Made by a program: the position numbers and the translations under genes. The notes beneath the pieces were generated by a model. That model made no database searches, was not told the DNA's origin, and saw nothing but the letters and a program-made list of their open reading frames with translations. This document shows positions 58,897 through 64,000 of a stretch of DNA of 64,000 bases, one piece after another (position 1 is the stretch's first letter; the number at the start of each line of letters is the position of its first letter). The stretch is from contig CAZBLW010000002.1 in assembly GCA_964493305.1 (NCBI GenBank), positions 258,521 to 322,520 of the forward strand. The letters are read 5' to 3'. This stretch comes from an uncultured Gammaproteobacteria bacterium (GTDB lineage: Bacteria; Patescibacteriota; Patescibacteriia; S139-126).

Positions 58897-58979
58897 GTAA
58901 AAGTGGATTTAATATTGAGTGAGAGTTTCACATATACTCTTAGGGGAGAGGAACGCCGCGCTGCAGCACGGCGTTTTTT
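58897..58979 (+). ncRNA. Candidate ~83-nt small RNA
   Basis: Promoter upstream; terminator aacgccgcgctgcagcacggcgtttttt; no ATG-initiated ORF between them. Confidence 0.45.
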
Positions 58980-59149
58980 GATACAAAAAAAACAGACAGA
59001 CGTCTGATTTAGTTAAAAGTTAGTAAAGTTTGTAAAGTTAGAAAGTATAGATGATTTAAGATTTAAGATTTATGATTTAAGAATATTCATAAATCATACT
59101 TCATATGTCATAAATCTGGTAAATTATTTATAATTTACAATTTATAATT

Positions 59150-60292
59150 TTACCGAAGGTATATTTCTTTGGTTTTACTAATCATATTCTCGATATTGAT
59201 TTGTTTTCTCACTCGAGAAAGTTGTTGTTCATCAAGTGGGGTTTGATTGATAAGTTCAGAAATGGTTTGGGTAAGTGCCGCGGTGTCATTTGGTTCTACG
59301 AGGCGATAATGAGTTTGCGGATAAAATTCCAGCATTTCAAAAATACCTCCCACCCGGGTGGCTACAATCGGTAACCCTTGAGCCATAGCCTCCAGTAGAG
59401 TATAAGGTAAACCTTCTTTGACTGAAGGTAAAACAAAGATATCAAAAGCCGAAAGATAGTTTTTGGCATTTTGTATACTACCCAGTAAAAAAACTTTACT
59501 TTCCAGTTTTTTTTGCTTGATCATAACTTGTAAATTTTTCTTTTCCGGGCCTTCACCAATGATGGTAAAGATAGTATCAGAATTTGTTTTAATAATTGTC
59601 TCTGCAGCGGTAATCAGGGCTGGGAGATTTTTGGTGGGATAAAGGTTGGCTATGGAGCCAATGAAGAATTTGGCAGTTGCTAGTTGTAAATTTCCCGATA
59701 TAGATAATAGTTTTTCTCTGGCTAGTTGTTTGGTAAGATTGGAAGTATGGTTGATATCAATACCGTTGTGAATTGTCACAATCTTTGCCATGGGAAATTT
59801 ATTGAGCCGGGCGGCGGAGCGATCGTATTCTGATACACAGATTACTTTGTTTTTATGAAGCGCAGAAAATTTCTCTGCCCAGAGATATAGTTTTTTCAAA
59901 CCTTCAGCAATTGGTTCCAAAAATACCCAACCGTGGGCAGTGTAGATAACTTTTTTATTTAAGCCCCAAGCGGCTAGCGATCCTAAAATACTTATCTTAC
60001 TGCTATTTAAATGGATAATATCAGGATTTAGGTTTTTGATTAGCTTTCTAATCTCAAATATTGCCAGCAAGTCAAAATGAGGTAAAATTGAACGTTTAAC
60101 ATATTTCAGTTGATACCAAGGAATTGAGTTGTCTTTCAATTTCAAAGGTAGCCAATCAGTATTGATTCCACCCGAGGCAACTGAGATATCAAGCTCATCT
60201 TTTAAGTGAGTAGCTAAATCAAGTACATAAGCTTGGGCGCCACCTGCTTCGGGTAAAGTAATCAAGTATAAGATTTTATTTTTTGTTGACAC
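59150..60292 (-). CDS. Glycosyltransferase family 4
   Basis: GGAQ, YTAHGW, IHNGID, DIFVLPSVKEGLPYTLLEAMA. Confidence 0.93.
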   Translation of the reverse strand: MSTKNKILYLITLPEAGGAQAYVLDLATHLKDELDISVASGGINTDWLPLKLKDNSIPWYQLKYVKRSILPHFDLLAIFEIRKLIKNLNPDIIHLNSSKISILGSLAAWGLNKKVIYTAHGWVFLEPIAEGLKKLYLWAEKFSALHKNKVICVSEYDRSAARLNKFPMAKIVTIHNGIDINHTSNLTKQLAREKLLSISGNLQLATAKFFIGSIANLYPTKNLPALITAAETIIKTNSDTIFTIIGEGPEKKNLQVMIKQKKLESKVFLLGSIQNAKNYLSAFDIFVLPSVKEGLPYTLLEAMAQGLPIVATRVGGIFEMLEFYPQTHYRLVEPNDTAALTQTISELINQTPLDEQQLSRVRKQINIENMISKTKEIYLR

Positions 60293-60396
60293 AAAAATTA
60301 ATTATAAATTATTAATTGTAAATTATAAATGAATTTTCAATTATTCAATTCAAAAATTTTATAATTGATTTAAAATTGATAATTTAAAATTTAAAA

Positions 60397-61167
60397 TTAT
60401 TTTAGTAATTTCTTAACTAGATATCTAACTACGCGACGTAAGTAAGCACCCAAAAATCCAGAATAATCTTTTCTGTATTTCACAATCAAACTGATATTCA
60501 TCTTCATCATAGCAAGGATTTTTTGCTTGGTCACGTTGCTAGAGTGCTTTCGGTATTTGGTCATATATTCTGGCAGATTGCCAATTTTCCACATCACTGC
60601 CATCCGTAACCACAGATCATAATCTTCCAAAAAAGGTAAACTCTCATCATAACCTTTCAAATGATCAATTCCAGCCGTACGCATCAAAACACTTGAGTGG
60701 GCCAGAGGATTTTTGTAGAGAATTGATTGTTTAATTTTTGCTGAATCGGTTTGGTTTTGGTAGCGGTTTATTTCCTGGCTTTGTTCATCAATTACAATCA
60801 CGCCGGTGCCAACCACCGCACAATCAGGGTGAGTGTCTAGATATTCAATTTGTTTAGCAAGTTTTTCTTGGTCAGACCATAAGTCATCACTATCAAGTAC
60901 TGCTAAAAATTCTCCTTTGGCAGCTTTTAGGCCGATGTTGCGCGCGGCACTAATACCAGGATCGGTTTCATTTTTGATATAAATAAAACGTTTATCATCT
61001 TTGGCTAATTCGGTGATGATTTTTTCATTAGCATCATAATCACCATTGTCCACGACAATAAGTTCCCAATCAGTCAGGGTTTGATTTTTTACACTTTGAA
61101 TCATCTCAGGGAGGAATTTTTCCCGCCCTTGGTGGGTAAGGGTGATAATGGAAACCTTGGGTAACAT
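60397..61167 (-). CDS. Glycosyltransferase family 2
   Basis: ELIVVDNG, ARNIG, LDSDD, EDYDLWLR. Confidence 0.93.
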   Translation of the reverse strand: MLPKVSIITLTHQGREKFLPEMIQSVKNQTLTDWELIVVDNGDYDANEKIITELAKDDKRFIYIKNETDPGISAARNIGLKAAKGEFLAVLDSDDLWSDQEKLAKQIEYLDTHPDCAVVGTGVIVIDEQSQEINRYQNQTDSAKIKQSILYKNPLAHSSVLMRTAGIDHLKGYDESLPFLEDYDLWLRMAVMWKIGNLPEYMTKYRKHSSNVTKQKILAMMKMNISLIVKYRKDYSGFLGAYLRRVVRYLVKKLLK

Positions 61168-61282
61168 AAAATAATTTTGTAATTTTATAATTTTGTAATT
61201 TTTAAATAATTTTTAATTTTAAATGTTTAAAAATTTAAGTTTATGATTTATTTATAAAATTCAATAATTAAAAATTAAAAAT

Positions 61283-62122
61283 TTATAAAACATCCCATTC
61301 TTGCGGTAGTAGATGCTGGTAGTGCCCCTGGTATTTATTGTTCCATTTTTTGGGAGCAATGACAATTTTATTTGTATTTTGGTTTAAGTAAGCTGCCCAC
61401 CAGGAAAAAGTACTATTTGATATAATTTGGTGCTGGCATTGGCTCATCAATATCAACTCTTGTGTAGCTTCACTATTTTTTTCCGGTGAAACATATATAT
61501 TCTGTCCGTTGGTTTTTAAATTTGTTTTAACCCAAGCAATGTCATCTGAAAAAATGAAGAATATAGGATTTGTTATTTTTGTATTTATTAACTCCAGTGC
61601 TTTTTTAAAATAATCAATATTTATGGTTTGGTGAATCGATTTTATTTTTTGATTGTCAGCAAAGTCACCCCGTCTGATGTGGATAGCAACTGAATTTGAA
61701 TTTTTTATTTGACTGCTAATTTGTTGATAATAATCAGTAAACGGATTTTTCAAAGTGATTTCTTGTAGTAATTTATCTTTGATAGGATCAAGATATAGAT
61801 AGCTTTGCCAGTAGCCTTCAAAATAGTTTTTTTGCGAAGTTAACAAATGCGGTTGCCAACCAATATTAAATTCACGAAATATTTTTTGTTTGAAAAATCT
61901 GGCAAAAGCCGAGGGTGCGTACTTTTGTATTTCCTCTGTACTAGCAATTCCTGTTTTAATATTAAATTTATCCAAAACATACTTTCGTTTGGTATCTTTG
62001 GCACTTCCCATAGAAGATATATCCAATTTGAGTTGCTCGTTTCTTTTATTTGCTAAAAACCTTCCAAAGCCGTATTGGAAGAGTTGATTACCTAAACCTC
62101 CTTTTAATTTTACAATTAACAT
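61283..62122 (-). CDS. Alpha-1,2-fucosyltransferase (GT11)
   Basis: GGLGNQLFQY, GYWQS, HIRRGDF, NSTFSWWAAYL. Confidence 0.92.
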   Translation of the reverse strand: MLIVKLKGGLGNQLFQYGFGRFLANKRNEQLKLDISSMGSAKDTKRKYVLDKFNIKTGIASTEEIQKYAPSAFARFFKQKIFREFNIGWQPHLLTSQKNYFEGYWQSYLYLDPIKDKLLQEITLKNPFTDYYQQISSQIKNSNSVAIHIRRGDFADNQKIKSIHQTINIDYFKKALELINTKITNPIFFIFSDDIAWVKTNLKTNGQNIYVSPEKNSEATQELILMSQCQHQIISNSTFSWWAAYLNQNTNKIVIAPKKWNNKYQGHYQHLLPQEWDVL

Positions 62123-62155
62123 ATTTGGTTAGCTTATAGCTGTCAGCTTTTAATT

Positions 62156-62881
62156 TTATTTAATAAACCAAAAACACCCGCAATCATAATTTCCTAATCT
62201 CAAATTATTAACATCAGGATTTTTTAGCATTGGACCATGGTATTCGGGGATAAGGCTAAATTCATGCAAACTTAAATCAGAAAATAGATTTTTTATCATT
62301 TCATAAGTATAAATCCGGTGGGCATTGAACATAATTTTTGCCTTTTTGCCAATAGGAACAACAAAGAGTAAATTTCCCCCAGGTGCTAAAACCCTGACCA
62401 ACTCTTTGATCGCTTTAATATCACCTTCAGGATCAAGTTGATCACCATAACGCCTTAAGCCAATATGTTCCACTGTGTGCATACAAGAAAGGGAGGAGAC
62501 ACTATTATCAGGCCAAGGAAGTTTCGTAATATCAATAGATTTAGTATTGAGATTTGAAAGTTGTAAATCAGCCGGTCTATAGTCATAGAAATCAACTGGC
62601 ACAAAAGCTGAAACAATTCCAGAAAAGTATAAGCTAGAAGCAATATCAATATGTTTTACCGGATTGATTTCTTTGACACATCTTGCTGCCCAAGCGGTGT
62701 GATAAATATAATGTCTATCAAAACCAGTAAGTATAGTTTTATCAAACGGTTGGGGATAGAAGTCTTTTAGTTGTGTAGAAAACCTTTTTTCCTTGTCTAT
62801 ATTTTTGAAATTTTTAAAATCCTGCCAAATCAAAGGAGTCAGCAACGTGTTTCTAATTAGTTTGTAGAGTTTTTTTAACAT
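62156..62881 (-). CDS. DUF268-like SAM-dependent methyltransferase
   Basis: FDRHY.YH..WA, SCMHTVEHIGL.RYGD..DP.GD, FNAHRIY. Confidence 0.85.
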   Translation of the reverse strand: MLKKLYKLIRNTLLTPLIWQDFKNFKNIDKEKRFSTQLKDFYPQPFDKTILTGFDRHYIYHTAWAARCVKEINPVKHIDIASSLYFSGIVSAFVPVDFYDYRPADLQLSNLNTKSIDITKLPWPDNSVSSLSCMHTVEHIGLRRYGDQLDPEGDIKAIKELVRVLAPGGNLLFVVPIGKKAKIMFNAHRIYTYEMIKNLFSDLSLHEFSLIPEYHGPMLKNPDVNNLRLGNYDCGCFWFIK

Positions 62882-62888
62882 TTTTTTC

Positions 62889-62962
62889 TTGTCATTCTCG
62901 CGTAAGCGGGAATCCAGAAAGAATTTTTTATTTCTAGATTCCGTATCAAGTACGGAATGACA
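62889..62962. repeat. REP doublet
   Basis: ttgtcattctcgcgtaagcgggaatcc ... gattccgtatcaagtacggaatgaca. Confidence 0.9.
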
Positions 62963-62985
62963 GTTAATTTATTTATAATTTAAAA

Positions 62986-63885
62986 TTAATAATTTATAAT
63001 TTTAAGGAATTTTTCAGCACTCTTTTTGTGCGTAAAATTTTCTAAAGCGTATTCACGTGGACTAAAGCTTTTTAAATTATTTAACATTTGTTCTAGCTTT
63101 ATTCCAAATTCTTCAATAGAACTAAAAAATATTCCACATTTATCAGTCAAGTAGGGACTGGAAATTTTTTTATCAGTCCAGCTGTATTCATTGTACTGCC
63201 ATTTGCCTGGATTCCAAACCAGTGTGGTTACATCACATATCCAGGCTTCTTGCTGGGCAATGCCTTGGCTTTCTGATTGAGTAAGAAATATGGCTAGTTT
63301 TGTTTGTTTTAATTTATTAAAATAGTCAGTTTGTTTGTATTTACCGTAAGTTATAATATCAATTTTATTATTTTCAATTTTTAATTTTTGGATAATTTTA
63401 TTTAACAGATCATTCGGTGCGTTTTTTTGATAAATCAAAATAGTGTCACGTTTATTAATCGGAGTTGGTTCACCTGGATTATCAACGCCAGCTGGCCAAA
63501 TATATATTTTATTTTGTAAAACAGGGGATTGACTGAGCCAAAAATCTTTAACCCATTGCGAAGGTACTAAAATTTTATCTATCAATGGATTGGTTGATAA
63601 ATTCCCAAAATCATTTGGTGTAACAGCAATATTTGGTCCAGCTAGAAGCTGTTTGATTTTCCCTTGTTTTTTTTGATCAATCGCATAACTTAGTGCTTTG
63701 GGATTTTGTAAAACAGCTACTGTATCAGTAAAATAGTTTGGATTAAATAGATAATTAAAATTCAATTCAGCTAATCCTTTTTGTAAACTTGTAGCTACCA
63801 TCTGAGGACCTCGCGCTGGTCTTAAGATCTCCTTTATATAATCAATTGGGGATAATGGTGGTTTAGTTAGTAGGGTGAGATCCAT
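62986..63885 (-). CDS. GT-B-fold glycosyltransferase-like protein
   Basis: VPSQWV, ESQGIAQQEAW (Ex7E motif). Confidence 0.75.
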   Translation of the reverse strand: MDLTLLTKPPLSPIDYIKEILRPARGPQMVATSLQKGLAELNFNYLFNPNYFTDTVAVLQNPKALSYAIDQKKQGKIKQLLAGPNIAVTPNDFGNLSTNPLIDKILVPSQWVKDFWLSQSPVLQNKIYIWPAGVDNPGEPTPINKRDTILIYQKNAPNDLLNKIIQKLKIENNKIDIITYGKYKQTDYFNKLKQTKLAIFLTQSESQGIAQQEAWICDVTTLVWNPGKWQYNEYSWTDKKISSPYLTDKCGIFFSSIEEFGIKLEQMLNNLKSFSPREYALENFTHKKSAEKFLKIINY

Positions 63886-64000
63886 AAAATTTTTCTAAAG
63901 ATTCATCTATCCAAGTTTCAAATTTATTTATATTATTTTCTATCAGAAAAAGCTTGTCAGCTTTGGCTTTAGCTATTTTCCCCATTTCAACCAGTTCTCC
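63863..64000 (-). CDS. 3' end of an upstream gene, probably a GT4 glycosyltransferase
   Basis: Open frame from the window edge: GELVEMGKIAKAKADKLFLIENNINKFETW...HPTN*. Confidence 0.6.
   Translation of the reverse strand, partial: GELVEMGKIAKAKADKLFLIENNINKFETWIDESLEKFYGSHPTN

Noticed and set aside
63945-63980. AGCT-periodic repeat at the window end
   Set aside because: It lies in the coding frame of the truncated minus-strand gene (KIAKAKADKL).
1-64000. Alternative genetic code (UGA reassignment)
   Set aside because: Long ORFs are intact under the standard bacterial code and TGA serves as a stop, for example at 29922-29924.

Overview
AT-rich bacterial chromosome segment. Gene content points to Patescibacteria/CPR (Parcubacteria-like); this is inferred, not database-confirmed. 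1-34.7 kb is one co-oriented cell-surface locus: a tail-fibre-like protein with an autoproteolytic-chaperone-type domain, a Gly-rich/Ig-repeat protein, three giant DUF2341/LamG adhesins, two pairs of WxL/pilin-like plus DUF916-like proteins, one dockerin protein and two cohesin proteins. 35-47 kb holds housekeeping genes (2-oxoacid:ferredoxin oxidoreductase, rlmH, beta-CASP nuclease, tRNA-Pro, degenerate HtrA, ECF sigma/anti-sigma) plus small orphan transcription units. 47-58 kb has a probable S-layer gene with a structured leader, TPR and O-antigen-ligase genes, and a lipase with a possible immunity gene. 59-64 kb is a minus-strand glycosyltransferase cluster. The most striking signal is intergenic. 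Most longer spacers are mosaics of short inverted-repeat families, and three families also bracket a tiny gene: TGTCATTCC..GGAATGACA palindromes with a GIY-YIG gene, (AAATTAT)n inverted repeats with two identical four-helix-bundle genes, and ACAGAT/ATCTG repeats with a GxxExxY gene. There is also a two-copy ~190-nt covarying hairpin element, and ~20-bp GC palindromes nested inside other elements. Together these suggest a layered set of minimal mobile elements without a classical transposase. Domain names come from visual motif recognition only.
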